64,000 nt of DNA from Eledone cirrhosa (taxonomy: Eukaryota): the NCBI GenBank assembly GCA_964016885.1, contig OZ024740.1, forward strand, positions 315,518,001 to 315,582,000, written 5' to 3'. Position numbers and translations under genes: made by a program. Below, in pieces: positions 23,551-36,423 of this stretch. The notes beneath the pieces are model-generated. The model made no database searches and had not been told where the DNA came from. It worked only from the letters and a program-made list of their open reading frames with translations. Positions within the stretch are counted from its first letter, which is position 1. Every line of letters begins with the position of its first letter.

Positions 23551-24799
23551 TGTAGCGGTTGTCTCCCTTGTTTTGATTGGGATCTAGACGGGAAGTGGAA
23601 CCCTTTCTCAAACTTCCGGTCAGAGCCCTATAAAACTAACAACTTTAAGCTTCCTCTCTCTCTTTGCCTTTTCGGCACCAGGTCAAGAGTCTTCTCATTT
23701 GGCTCTGCCATTAATTTGGCCAACAGGCGCCAGGCGCCCTCTGCCAGCCGCGTTTGCCTGGCAATCAAAACGGTAACTACTAACTTTGTTTCATTCTAAC
23801 ATATATCTTTGACATGTCAAGTATTCTATTCTACCGTTAATTAAATAATATATACACAAACATTGTCTCGTTTTGTTACATTCATACAACCAGTATTATC
23901 GCTATATTGGTGACCCCGACGTGATACGAACACGCAGCCGTTTATCGCTATATTGGTGACCCCGACGTGATACGAACACGCAGCCGTTCATCGCTATAAG
24001 TGGTCACCCCCAAAAAAAGAAAAAAATAGCACATCTGGTTTTGTGAGTAACATTACGAATACACAGCAAATTTAGCGACAAACTATGAAAATACTCAAGG
24101 ACACGCACACACGCACATGTGGAATTCGCACAGACATACTTTTTCTCTCACGCATCAATTAACTGTCGCATTTCACCAATATATATATATATGTTTCTCG
24201 TTTCTTACAACGAACACTTTCAAAACAAAAGAAAACATTTCACGATATATATATATATATGTTTCTCGTTTCTTACAACGAACTCTTTCAAAACACAAAA
24301 AAAAAAAAAAAAGTTCTAGTTTTTTGTTTTTTTCCAAAGTTCACACCTATAATTATGCTGATTGAAGCCTTTCTTTTTCATCATGGTCACTTTCAAAATT
24401 GCACTATTTTGATTGGGATCTAGACGGGAAGTGGAACCCTTTCTCAAACTTCCGGTCAGAGCCCTATAAAACTAACAACTTTAAGCTTCCTCTCTCTCTT
24501 TGCCTTTTCGGCACCAGGTCAAGAGTCTTCTCATTTGGCTCTGCCATTAATTTGGCCAACAGGCGCCTGGCCTTAGCCAGGCGCCCTCTGCCAGCCGCGT
24601 TTGCCTGGCAATCAAAACGGTAACTACTAACTTTGTTTCATTCTAACATATATCTTTGACATGTCAAGTATTCTATTCTACCGTTAATTAAATAATATAT
24701 ACACAAACATTGTCTCGTTTTGTTACATTCATACAACCAGTATTATCGCTATATTGGTAACCCTGACGTGATACGAACACGCAGCCGTTTATCGCTATA
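23551..24799 (+). mobile_element. Non-autonomous LTR retrotransposon (Gypsy-type, tRNA-Trp primed)
   Basis: Near-identical direct repeats: 5' LTR 23551-23998 and 3' LTR 24407-24799, the latter lacking the first 20 nt. Termini are TGTAGCG...CGCTATA. 4-bp TSD TGAG at 23547-23550 and 24800-24803. TGGTGACCCCGACGTGAT is a PBS complementary to tRNA-Trp. No coding capacity. Confidence 0.88.
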
Positions 24800-25009
24800 T
24801 GAGCATCTCCAATAATAATAATAATAATTGTTTCTACTTTAGGCACAAGGCCAGTAATTACCCAGTGCATTACTGGTACTTTTATTTTATCGACCCCGTA
24901 AGGATGAAAGGCAAAGTCAACCTCGGCGGGATTTGAACTCAGATCGTAAAGGGACGTAACTATGCTGGAAAGCATGGCGTCCGACCCTCTACCGATACTG
25001 CCAATCCAC

Positions 25010-28000
25010 ATAATAATGATGGCATTTATTGGCCACAAGGACCGACATATAGGGGACAATACAAAAGACTGGGACAGTGGGGTTTTACAGAAAAATCGAG
25101 TAAACAATATGAATAACAATAACAAAGTAACAAGAAAATTACAAGAAAAAATTCCCCAATAGGGGGGATGACCACCTAGGGTTCGCTCAGGTACCCCACC
25201 AGTCCTGAACGACCCGACGCTTCGAGAGCACCCTGGAAGGGCACCCCTCTCCTCCTCAAATTTACCTACCTACAGCCGCATGACCAGAGTAGGCCCACTC
25301 ACACGGGCCATTCTCACCACATTCACTCACCTTTCAGCAAATGTACTGGGGGGCAGCACTTCTCTCTCCACCCTCACCTTCCTTTCCAAGTGAAACTTGA
25401 AAAAGTTGATGAGGGATTGGCCGAGGAGAAAAGTGTCTGTCTTCAGTCCTTTCAACCTCGTCCACCATACAACCTCTTTCGCTACTGCCACCAGACAGGA
25501 AAATTGCCTGCCCTTCCTGGCCAAAAGAAGGCGGCGGGTCGATCTTCACTATGGACTCGGCCGACAGCCGGATCCGTTCTACACGTGACAACAGCTGTTC
25601 AACATAACTCCACAAGTTCGTGCAGAACGGTTTCGTCGCTCTGCGCGCATCTCGGGCAGGTCCGTCTGACAGCACTTCCGTGCCTGTAGAGTTTATCTCG
25701 AACCGGCAGTTCCCCCCGGTAGCACTGCCAAGCGAGGGATTTTTGGAAATTATCCATCGTCCGCGGCTCGAAAGTCCTCCGGTACAGACTGGTTAGTTCG
25801 ACTTCGTTGACTCCCAGAGCCTCTCCGAGTGCGTCGTCGCACTTGCCCACCACTAATCCTCTATAGAACTCGAGAGTGGAAGTTCCACTGACCACATTGC
25901 CCGCCTAGTAGAGGGCAGTGAGTGCCTGGCAACATTCCAGATGCCAGTCACCCAGTCTCGGTCTCTTCTTGACTCAGGACTGCAGCTCAGTCAAAGAAAC
26001 GAGCTGCGGAAAGGCCCGTCTGACAAACGGCAACCACACCAGTTCACCGTTTAGGCAGAATATCTGGAGATGCCGCAGCCTCAGCGCGTGCCTACGTATC
26101 ATTAGCCACGGCATGCCCAGCCCTCCACGTAGAGGGTGCTGGCAGCAGATGGACCGCCTCACCAGCGGAACCTGACCCCTCCACAAGAATTTGAAGAGGA
26201 GCCGCTCCAAGATGGCGAGGCGCGAACGGGGGCAAGGGACGACGGTCAGACGGTAGTAGATGACGGACGCGATGTACGCGTTCGCCACCTCCGCCCGACC
26301 TTTCAGTGATAGCTTCATCCCAGCCCATTTCTGGGTGAGACTGGCTACCCTGCCCGTCACCCCGTCCCAATTCTTATCCACCTGGAGGTCTGGCCCGAAC
26401 CAAACCCCTAGCAACTTTACCGGTCCGTCCGTCCAGCGTCTAACGACGCTGTTGGACGGCATGGACTTGCCTCTCCATGTGCCGAGTTGCAAGCCCACCG
26501 ACTTTTCCGGGTTAAGTTTTGCTCCCGTCAACCTTTCATATTCCTCCAATAAGTTGCCGACCACCTCGATTTCTGAGGTGTCCGACACCATCACGGTGAT
26601 GTCCGCATAAGCCGACACAGCCTTTCCGCGTCCCGGTTCGAGCGGGATGCCCTGCAACAGCTCCAGCTTCCGCAGTAAAGGATCGAGAGTCAATACGTAC
26701 AGAAGGGAGGAGAGAGGGCACCCTTGACGGACCGATCGGGAGACCTGAAACGGTTCCGAGAGGTGGCCATTAATTTTGACCATCGAGCAGGTGCCGCTGT
26801 GCATTGCAGCGATCCAGCTTCTGAAGACGGGGCCGAAGCCAGCCGCCTTGAGGACAGCCTCCAGGTACCGATGGTCGACCCTATCGAATGCTTTCGATTG
26901 ATCTAAATTGATCAGAGCCCCACCGAAGCCAGGTTTACACCCTACACTCTCTATGATGTATCGCATTAGGTGGAGGTTGTCGTGTATGGACCTGGTTGGG
27001 ATTGCGCAAGTTTGCGCCTCCCCAACCAAATCCCCGACGACAAGCGCCAACCTCTTCGCTAACACCCTGGCCAAAATCTTAAACTCTGTGTTGAGCAGAG
27101 TTATGGGCCTGAAATTGTCTAATGTGTCCCTCTTGTTCTCGTCTTTCCTTATCAGCGTCACTACGCCCCGGCTCACAGAACTGGGAATACTCCCGTTTTG
27201 CTGCCAGTTGCAGTAGAGGGCTTTGAGGAGATTGGAGAACAAGTCTGGCATATTTACGTAAAGCTCGTAGGGCAGACCATCCAAACCGGGTGACTTGCGC
27301 CTCATGCAGCCGACAAGGGCATCCTGAATCTCGGCTGAAGTAATTGGCCTTTCGCAGCGCCCAGCGTCAGCCGTCGAGAGTTGCGGCAAGCCATCGAGGT
27401 AGGGACTGAAGTCCGCCACCATCTCTGACCCGCCACTTCCCCCGAACAACCGAGCAAAATGTTGGCGAAAGGCCTCACACATCCTCTTGGAATCGCTCAG
27501 CTTGTGCCCGTCTCGGTCCGTCAAAGACCGAATCGTGGTTTTATTACCACGCTGCGCCTCTGCCACGCGGGCCCATCGAACAGCTTTGGTTCCCTCGTTT
27601 CTCAGAGCACGCGCCTTAGCTCTGACAATGCAACCTTCGTGTTTCGCATTGAAGAAATGGTCTAATGCCATTCTCGCCGCTAGCACGTCAGTTGCAATGC
27701 CACTACCAATAGCCTTGTCTAACTTATCTACCAACTCCCCCTCCTTTCTATTTTCTCTAACGCTACTTCTTTGCTAAACTCTATCGACATTACTCTAATC
27801 TTTCTTTTGAGAGCCCCCCCCCCCCCACCATCTATTGTTGACGACTCCCCCTGTCAACTTTTTCTTAACTAAATTGTTGACCTGGTCCCTGTAAGCCTTA
27901 CGTGCCGGAAATGACATGTTTAGCTTCCAGTAACCAGGTCCTAACCTACGGGTCTTATCTAGGTCGACCATACAGATCACAAACTTGTGATCTGAATAGG

Positions 28001-30848
28001 CGACCGTTTCAAAACGTGGACAGCTTACACTATTTCTGTCTATTTTCCTAATGAATATCCTGTCTATATACGATCTAGATGACCCTATGCGGTTAGCCCA
28101 GGTCCACACTGGCGCATTAAGGAAATCTAGTCGGTACCTGTCAGACAGTTGGAACTGGCTGATCAGGTTCTTGAGGCTTTTGCACCCCCCGCTCCTACCG
28201 GATACTCCCACACAGTCCCAGCGTGCGTCTAAGATGCCGTCCAGTCCCCCGCTAACAGTAAAGGGCGAGACGTACCCAGAAAGGCTTCCAGGCGTCTAAA
28301 GAAGTCCGACCGTCCTTCCCCAGTAGGAGCATAGATGGCCACCAGTCTAAAGGCACCACCTTCGTTATTGTTCACGTCCAGGACCACCAACTTCCCGTCC
28401 GGGTCCCGGAAGATCGACCTTACCTCGAGATCCAGGCCTTTCCTAAACAGCACTGCCACCCTGCCTCCCATTCCCGGCCGACTAACAGATGCAAAGATCT
28501 GATAGTCGTCGAAAATGGGGGCTAGTGCGCGCGTGTCGGAAATCCTGGTCTCACTGACGGCAATTACATCCATATCTATAGACATGAGGTCGTTGAGCAG
28601 GTGACCCTGCTTCTAGGATGATCCCAGGCCTCGAACATTTAAACATCCTACTCTTAATACGGCCATGTTGGCAGGTTAAAAAGAGAGAGGAAGGTTTACT
28701 TACCTTCCGGGCTCTTGTGAAGGTCGGGTTGTTCGATCTTCATAGTTGGTGGGGTTTCTTTTGGGAACCCCTTTAAAAGTCTTGAAGTGGGTTTTACGTT
28801 CGGGGTTCCCACGTCCCGAGGAAAGCTGTCTCGTATTTCTTTGAATATGTCGAGCGACATTCGTACCAGAACCAAATCTTCCGGCACGCGAAATGTGCTC
28901 GATTTAAAAATTTCCCCCTCTTTTTGTATATTTTCACTTTTGTATATTTTCCTTGTTGGCCCTCCTGACGAGCACGAAGTTTTGTATGTTTTGTTGGTGT
29001 GATTTTATTTGTTTGCGTGTCTGTGGTGGTGATGGTTTTGGTGGTGTTGTTTCGGTTGTATCTGTGTTTGTTGTGAGTGCGGTGTCTGTGGTTTCAGATG
29101 TTTGTGTGTATATTTGTTCTTGCGTCTGTTTAGGTTGTTTGCGTTTGGGGTATTCTGGTGATGGTGATGGTGGTGTTGATGTTGGTGTTATTGGAGAGAT
29201 GTTTGCGTGGGTGGTGTCTGCGTTTTTATTGTGGGTGATTTTGTGCTTTGTTGAGTTGTTTTTTTTCTTTTTGTGTTTCCTTTTTTGTATTTTGGGGTAT
29301 TTTGGTTTTCCCTCATCTTCACTACTGGTAGATGAGGGGTCTGTGTCTGTAAGTGTGTCTGTATGTATGTTTATGGCTTTATTGGTGTGTGTATTTTTTT
29401 TTTGGGGGGGGGGGGGGGGGGTGACAGCTTTCCTCGTTTCCCCCCTGGGTGGTCAATGTTGGTGGTGGTCTTTTTATTGGTGTTGTTGTTGGTGGTTTTG
29501 CCGGCGCTGGTGTTGGTTGTGGTGTTCGCCTCGGCGTCGGCAGCAGTGGAGCCTTTCGACCCCTTGCGTCTTTCAGCAGTTGAGGGCAGAAGGCTCGCAA
29601 ATGGGTTTTTTCCCCACAAACAAAACACTGCGGCCTTTTGCCTTCGGTCATAATGTGAATGACCGTCCTATTCTGAAGGCGGATGTGGTCCAGGATTGTC
29701 TTCACATTCTCGGGCCTGATCTGGAGAAGGATCTCCAGGTCAACCCCGGACCAGTCCTCTCTGGCCGTTCTGGTCACTTCTATAGGGACGGTATCCGTCC
29801 CCTCCACAATCACACATCCCAGAAGCCACCACATGTCAAGTCCTGGTGGGATTCTGGGAATGCGGAGACGGGCCGTTCTTTTTCCCATATGGGAGGAGTA
29901 CATTATGACCTTGCTGGTTTTGCAAGGAGTCATAGCGTGTTTCATAGCGAGAGCTTCTGACTTGAACAACACGGAAATGGTGCCGTACTGTCTGCCCCTC
30001 TCTATGTATTCGGCGTCTTCTCTGATGCACCTCAGCGCGACTTCGACATCTTCTTGTGGGATTAAAGCTGCCCTTTTGGTTTGTGCTGAGATGCATCTAT
30101 AATGCACCGTTCTGAGCTCCACTGCCTCAATAGCTTCTACCGGGACAGTTAAGTTGGCCCAGGTTTGCTCTTGCTTGATGAGCTTCCATGCCTGGGCCAA
30201 CTTTTCATCTTTGTTTGAGAGATCCATGTTGAAGCATGGCCTCTTTTTTGCTGCTGCCGCAGCGAAAGTATTCTTCTTGTTTTCGTTGGGGGTGTTGTGG
30301 TCGTTGTCGTTGTTCTTGTTGGTGTTGTTGTTAGCACTGTCGCTGTTATCATTGTTATCTTTATTGCCACCGTTGTTCTCGGTGCAGTTGGTATTGTTGC
30401 TGTTGGTGTGGTCGCTATTTGTTTTCATGTTAGTGTTGTATTTGTTTTTTTTTTTTTATTATTATCTGTATTTTCGTTGTCGCTGTTACTGTCATTTTTT
30501 TCAAAATTAGAGTTCTCATTGGTATCATTGTTGTGGTGGTGTTTGTGTTATCAATTTGTGTTAATTTCGCTGTAGCGCTCCTCTCAACTTCTACGTCGTT
30601 GTCGCACGACAGCAGACATATCGCTGGGGAGCGTGGTTTAGCCATGTTTATTTTTCCGTAAATGTTTTAACATGTAAAAAAAAATTCAAATATTTGGGCC
30701 AAAAGGCCCAAATATTATACTTTCCCCTTTACAGGGCACAGTCTAAGGGCTTATATCCCTTACACAACAAGAAATATTTAACAACAAATAATTTTAACAG
30801 GCAAATAAAGCGACTTACTGGGAGCGAGCAAAATACGTCCGCTTAGAC

Positions 30849-30849
<1 letters not shown>
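25010..30849 (-). mobile_element. Near full-length, decayed Tx1/L1-clade LINE (about 5.8 kb)
   Basis: ORF1 runs 30645 to about 28696 with a CCHC knuckle CFVCGEKTHLRAFC. ORF2 starts at ATG 28666 (MAVLRVGCLNVRGL, APE motifs SET, AGDW, SDHK, GYWKLN), then RT (SPGLDG, QGCPLS) and a C-terminal CPRC..ET..H..C. Several frameshifts and stops. 3' end is AATAAA plus (ATT)n. Confidence 0.93.
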
Positions 30850-30900
<51 letters not shown>

Positions 30901-30902
<2 letters not shown>

Positions 30903-33157
30903 TTTCTTTATTGGCCACAAGGGCTGACATCAAGAAAAACATTACAGACGGTACAGGACGGTACGATGTGGGTTTTGTGCGTGTAAATATTTTTATTATT
31001 TATATAAGAAAAGAAAAAAAAAGGACATAGAAACATATATATATATATATAAACAATAAAAATGAAAATTGAAACAATGAAAAATTCCTCAATAGGGGGG
31101 AAACCTCCGAGGGTTACTCGTGGCGAAAACCACGGCCACCCTGACCACCAGGGCAAGCGCCCTCTCTCAATTTTTCCATTTCTCAAGCTACAGACGTATA
31201 TTCAGAGCGGTATCGTTCACTCAGACCATTCTCGCTACATTCACCCACTTTTCAATAAACTTGCTAGAAGGCAGCACTTGCCTCTCCCCCCTGATTTTCC
31301 TCTTCAAGTGAAACTTGAAAAAGTTAATTAGGGATTCGCCGAAGAGGAAAGTGTCTGTCTTTAACCCTTTTAACCTTGTCCACCACACAATCTCTTTCGC
31401 CATGGCCACCAGGCAGATGAAAACCGCCTGCCCTTCCTCCTCGAAGGAAGACGGCGAGACCATCTGCACAATGGAGTCAGTTGACAACCGGATCAGTCCT
31501 ACACGCGACAGCAACTGTTCGACATAGCTCCACAAGTCAGCAATGCTCGGGCACTGAACGAGTGCGAGCACGACGGTTTCGTCGCTCTGCGCGCATCTCG
31601 GACAGGCTCGGCTGATGGCACTTCCGTGCCTGTAGAGCTTATCTCGAACCGGCAGCGCTCCCCGGTAGCACTGCCAGGCCAGGGATTTTTGGAAGTTATC
31701 CATAGGCCCTGGGCTGAAAGTTCTCAGGAAGAGAGCAGATAGCTGATCTTCTTCGACGCCCAGGATCTCTCCGAGAATGTCGTCGCTCTTCCCCTCCACT
31801 AGTCCTCTATAGAACGCTGAGGTGGATGTTCCACCGATACTGGTGCCCAGCTGGCAGAGGGCAGTGAGCGCCTGGAGACATTCCAGTTTCCAAGCGCTAT
31901 CCCTCGGTCTTTCTCTGACCCAGGACTGCAGCTCCGTCAAGGAGACGAGCAGTGGGAAAACGTGCCTGGCGAACGGCGACCACACCTGTTCGCCGTCAAG
32001 GAAGCACCAGAGATGTCGCAGCGCATGTTTGCGCATCATCAGCCATGGCATGCCCAGTCTTCCACGCAACGGGTGTTGACAGCAGATGGATAGTCTGACC
32101 ATGGGAGCGCGTCCCTTTCACAAAAAGCGGAAGAGGAGGCGCTCCATTTTGGTGAGAGTTGGGATCGAGGAAGGGACGACGGTGAGGCGGTAACAGATGA
32201 CGGATGCGATGTACGCATTCGCCACCCCCGCCCGGCCTTTCAGGGACAGCTTCCTCTCGGCCCATTTCTGGGTGAGGGAGGCCACCCTGCTCGTCACCTC
32301 GTTCCAGTTTTTCTCCATCCGAACCAGACCCCGAGCAATTTAACCGGTCCGTCCGTCCAATGCCCCATGACGCTGTCGGACGGCATGGACTTACCTCTCC
32401 ACGTGCCGAGCTGCAAGCCCACCGACTTTTCTTGGTTTATCTTTGCTCCTGTCACCGCTTCGTATTCCTTGAGAGCGGTGCCGAGCATCTGGACGTGTCT
32501 GGTGCTCGACACCACCACGGTGACGTCGTCGGCGTAAGCTCACTCGGATTTCCCGCATCCTAGTTCGCGTGGAACGCCCCTCATCGCCCCCAGTTTGTGC
32601 AGTAACGGCTCGAGAGCCAATACGTACAAGAGGAACGAGAGGGGACAACCCTGGCGGACTGAGCGCATGATGCTGAACGGCTGCGACAGGTCACCGTTCA
32701 CCCTCACAACTGAGCAGATGTCGCTGTACATTGCTGCGATCCAACCCCTGAAAACGGGCCCGAAACCGGCTGCCTCGAGGACCGCCGCCAGGTACCGATG
32801 GTCGACCCTATCGAATGCTTTGGATTGATCCAAGTTGATCAGGTCCCCACCCGTGCCAGGTTCCTTAACCACCCTCTCTATGATGTATCGCATGAGGTGG
32901 AGGTTGTCGTGTATGGATCTGTCCGGAATGGCGCGTGTCTGCGCCTCTCCCACCAGACCTTGACGACAAGCGCCAACCTCGTTGCTAACACCTTGGCCAA
33001 AATCTTGAACTCTGCGTTTAGCAGGGTTATGGGCCTGAAATTATCGATAACATCCCCCTTGTTCGGGTCTTTTCTCAGCAGCGCCACTGCTCCCCCGCTC
33101 ACAAAACTGGGAATGCTCCCGTTCTGCTGCCAGTTGCAGTAGACGTCTGCCAAGAGG
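30901..33157 (-). mobile_element. 5'-truncated Tx1/L1-clade LINE, related to the adjacent copy
   Basis: RT fragments (NFRPITLLNAEFKI, LDQSKAFDRVDH, QGCPLS, YADD) and C-terminal CPRCAQSDETV. Same 3' end CCTTGTGGCCAATAAA..ATC(ATT)n. Confidence 0.92.
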
Positions 33158-33160
33158 TAA

Positions 33161-33223
<63 letters not shown>

Positions 33224-33225
<2 letters not shown>

Positions 33226-33982
33226 GAACTGGTTGAAAAGAGGAGACCTTAAAAAGGCTACAGAAGGAATGTTAATGGCTGCGCAAGAGCAGGCCCTCAA
33301 AACGAAGTGGTTGAAACACCATATTTACAAGGAGGAGGCTAGCCCACTGTGCAGGATCTGTGGAGAGAGAGAGAAGACTGTGGCTCACATTGTATCCGAG
33401 TGTAAACACCTAGCCCAGACTCACTATAAGGGCTGGAGACATGATGTGATGGACAGGGTGATCCACTGGCACCTATGCAAAGTAAACAATTTACCACATT
33501 CTGAGAAGTGGTATGAGCATAAGCGAGAGTCGGTGATAGAAAACGATCAGGTGAAGGTGCTGTGGGATTTTAGGATACAGACGGACAAGAAACTGGAACA
33601 CAATAGACCTGACCTGGAAAAAAGATCGTGCCTGATTGTGGATGTGGCCTGCCCATTCGACACGAGAGTGCAAGAGAAGGAGAGGGAGAAAATTAACCGA
33701 TACCAGGACTTAGAGTGGGAGGTAAAAAGGATTTGGAACTGCCATGAAGTCAAAGTGATCCCGATTGTCATAGGCGCACTAGGGACTATCTCAAAAAGTT
33801 TCCAGGGATGGTTAAAGAAAATTGGCCCCTTCACGCTTTTTGGAACGCTTCAAAAGGCATGCTTGCTGGGAACAGCAAGAACCCTCCGATACGCCCTGAA
33901 TATCTGAGGCTGCAGGTAGTGGCTTGATATTCATCTCAACAAACTTTCCAGTTAACTAACATCAATGACTGAGACTCAAAGA

Positions 33983-33983
<1 letters not shown>
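33224..33983 (+). mobile_element. 5'-truncated R4/Dong-clade LINE (restriction-like endonuclease domain)
   Basis: AAQEQAL, CRIC...ETVAHIVSEC-type zinc knuckle, RHD, LWDFRIQTD, NRPDL, VIPIVIGALG. Flanked on both sides by (TAA)n. Confidence 0.85.
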
Positions 33984-34044
<61 letters not shown>

Positions 34045-34099
34045 AAGAAGAAGAAGAATGTGGGAAATAATTGCAATACCAGTCAATCACTCGAGATAA

Positions 34100-35361
34100 T
34101 CTATATATATAAAACTGAGGATGTCTTTCTGTGTCTGTGTATGTGAATATGAATCCCTAAAACTAGAGAACCACCCAACCGACTATTTTCAAACTTTACA
34201 CATGTAATACTTATATTTCAGGGAGTGTTCTGAGCAAAAAAAGATTTCAAATTTTCAATGCCCTAGGGACCGCAATTCTTAGTCTTTCTCTTTTTACATA
34301 GATACATACATATAACGTCGCGCCCTTATAATATATGTCTGAATGTCTGTATGTCTGTATGTCTGCATTACGTCACTTCCTACAATTCCCTCTCCATCCA
34401 GACGCGTCCTTATAATATCTGTTTGTATGTATGGCTGTCTGCTGCTCGCATTAGGTAAAAAAACTTCATTTTTAGGGCTTTTTTGAGGCGTTACGTCTAG
34501 CCGATTTTCCCGAAATTTCAAGGTATATAAATTCGTTTTCTTGATCCCCTAGGGCCTGCATTAGGTGAAAACCTGCATTTTTCCTGCTTCATCGAGGAAA
34601 ATCTTATAGATTATCCAGCCATCAGAGTATTCGGTTTATTTTCTTTACATATTGTCGGGGCATGCAGTTTTTCCACGTTTTTCTCTTTTTAGATAGATAC
34701 ATACATATAATGTCGCACCCTTATAATATCTGTCTGTATGTCTGCCTGTCTGCATTACGTCACTTCCTTGAGGATGTCTGTGTGTGTGTGTGTGTCTGTG
34801 AGTTTGAATCCCTAAAACTCGAGAAGTACCCAACCGATTTTTTTCAAACTTTACATGTGTATTACTTATGTTTCAGGGAGTGTAATGCACATAAAAAAAT
34901 TCCACTTTGTTTATCTCCTAGGTGAAAAGCTGCGTTTTTAACATTTTGGGGGGTTTTTTGAGGCGTTACGTCAGACCGATTTCCTTGAAATTGTAACTAT
35001 GTATTAGTCAGTCTCTTCTTCATACCGTAAGCAAAGAAAATCCAACTTTCTTATGGCCTAGGGCCCGCATTAGGTGAAAAACTTCTTAGGGCTTTTTTGA
35101 GGCGTTACGTCTAGCCGATTTTCCCGAAATTTCAAGGCATATGCACATAAAAAAAATTCATTTTCTTGATCCCCTAGGGCCCGCATTAGGTGAAAACCTG
35201 CATTTTTCCTGCTTCATCGAGGAAAATCTTAAAGATTATCCAGCTATCAGAGTATTCGGTTTATTTTCTTTACATATTGTCCAAGCATGCAGCTTTTAGG
35301 TCTATTGGCGGCCCGCGTTCCAAAATACCTTATCCTGTGCAACGCCGGGTACCACTGCTAG
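34100..35361 (+). mobile_element. Non-autonomous Helitron
   Basis: A|TC 5' end and GC-rich subterminal GCAACGCCGGGTACCACTG followed by CTAG|T. Internal duplication: 34450-34680 resembles 35070-35290. Confidence 0.85.
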
Positions 35362-35776
35362 TAGTTGATAAAATTGGGTAAATAACCCTTAGAGACAGAA
35401 AATGGTGGACAAAAGTGTCACTGTCCACTTTTTCCATCTCTATGGATTATTTACCCAATTTTCTCAACTATTATCTGTAGTGAACAGATGTTTTTGCAAC
35501 TACTTCCTATATTTGGGACGCTTAAATTTCCAACACTTTGATCATTTATAAAGTCTCCCCCCCCCCCTCTCTCTCTCCATATATATGTATATGTGTGTGT
35601 GTGTGTGTGTAAGCTCTGTGTTCAATCGAGGGTAACCACAGTACATAGGGTACTCAAGCATCATGTTTAATATAGAAATGGCTTCTACAGGACTATAATT
35701 ATTTCATTCAAAAGAAATCAGCAGGGCTTTCCTGGTGATTTCTTTTGAATGAAACAGTTCTAGTTCTGTAGAAGTC

Positions 35777-35886
<110 letters not shown>

Positions 35887-36194
35887 TCATATATATATTG
35901 TATACTGAACAATATCTGATATGTTTATGAATAAACATTTGAAAGCCTTTAACTATGAATTTTAAAAGGTGGTGGCAGAGCAACACCTAGTGAGTTAAAG
36001 CAGAAGCAGGGGATATGACCGATGGTTGATTTTAGCTTATATGGTCGTTATCAAGGTAATGCACCCTGTACCTCACTTCCTGCTGGAACTCAAAATAGTT
36101 GCAAATATATAGTTTAAATGCTTATGTATATGGGCTAATTGGCCTCATTTGCATATTGAGCTGTAGACTGGCTCAGCCTGAACAAGAAATAGAA

Positions 36195-36423
36195 TTAACC
36201 CTTTAGCATTTACATTACTCTATATTTACTATCATATTTTCATGGTAAAGGCTTTACCGCACATAATTATCTCACATAATATCGAATCTATGAAATTTTG
36301 ATATTATATATTTTGAGAACAATACCTTAACATAAGTATGAGCAGCTGGTTACAGCCAGTTTGAACAGAAAGAGGTGAGAGAATTCTGGCCAAATTCAGA
36401 TGGTTTAAAATCTAACAAGTTAA
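36195..36423 (+). mobile_element. piggyBac-like MITE (TTAA-flanked, about 220 bp)
   Basis: TTAA|CCCTTTAGC...GTTAA. Family copies at about 11868-12091, 38918-39120 (inverted) and 54658-54858. Confidence 0.7.

Noticed and set aside
23908-23985. tRNA-Trp gene on the minus strand
   Set aside because: Only the 3' 32 nt are present, with CCA. There is no D-arm or anticodon arm. It is PBS and read-through sequence.
28953-29960. 335-aa plus-strand ORF and other antisense ORFs over LINEs (4539-5657, 53175-53991)
   Set aside because: These are shadow frames opposite LINE coding sequence.
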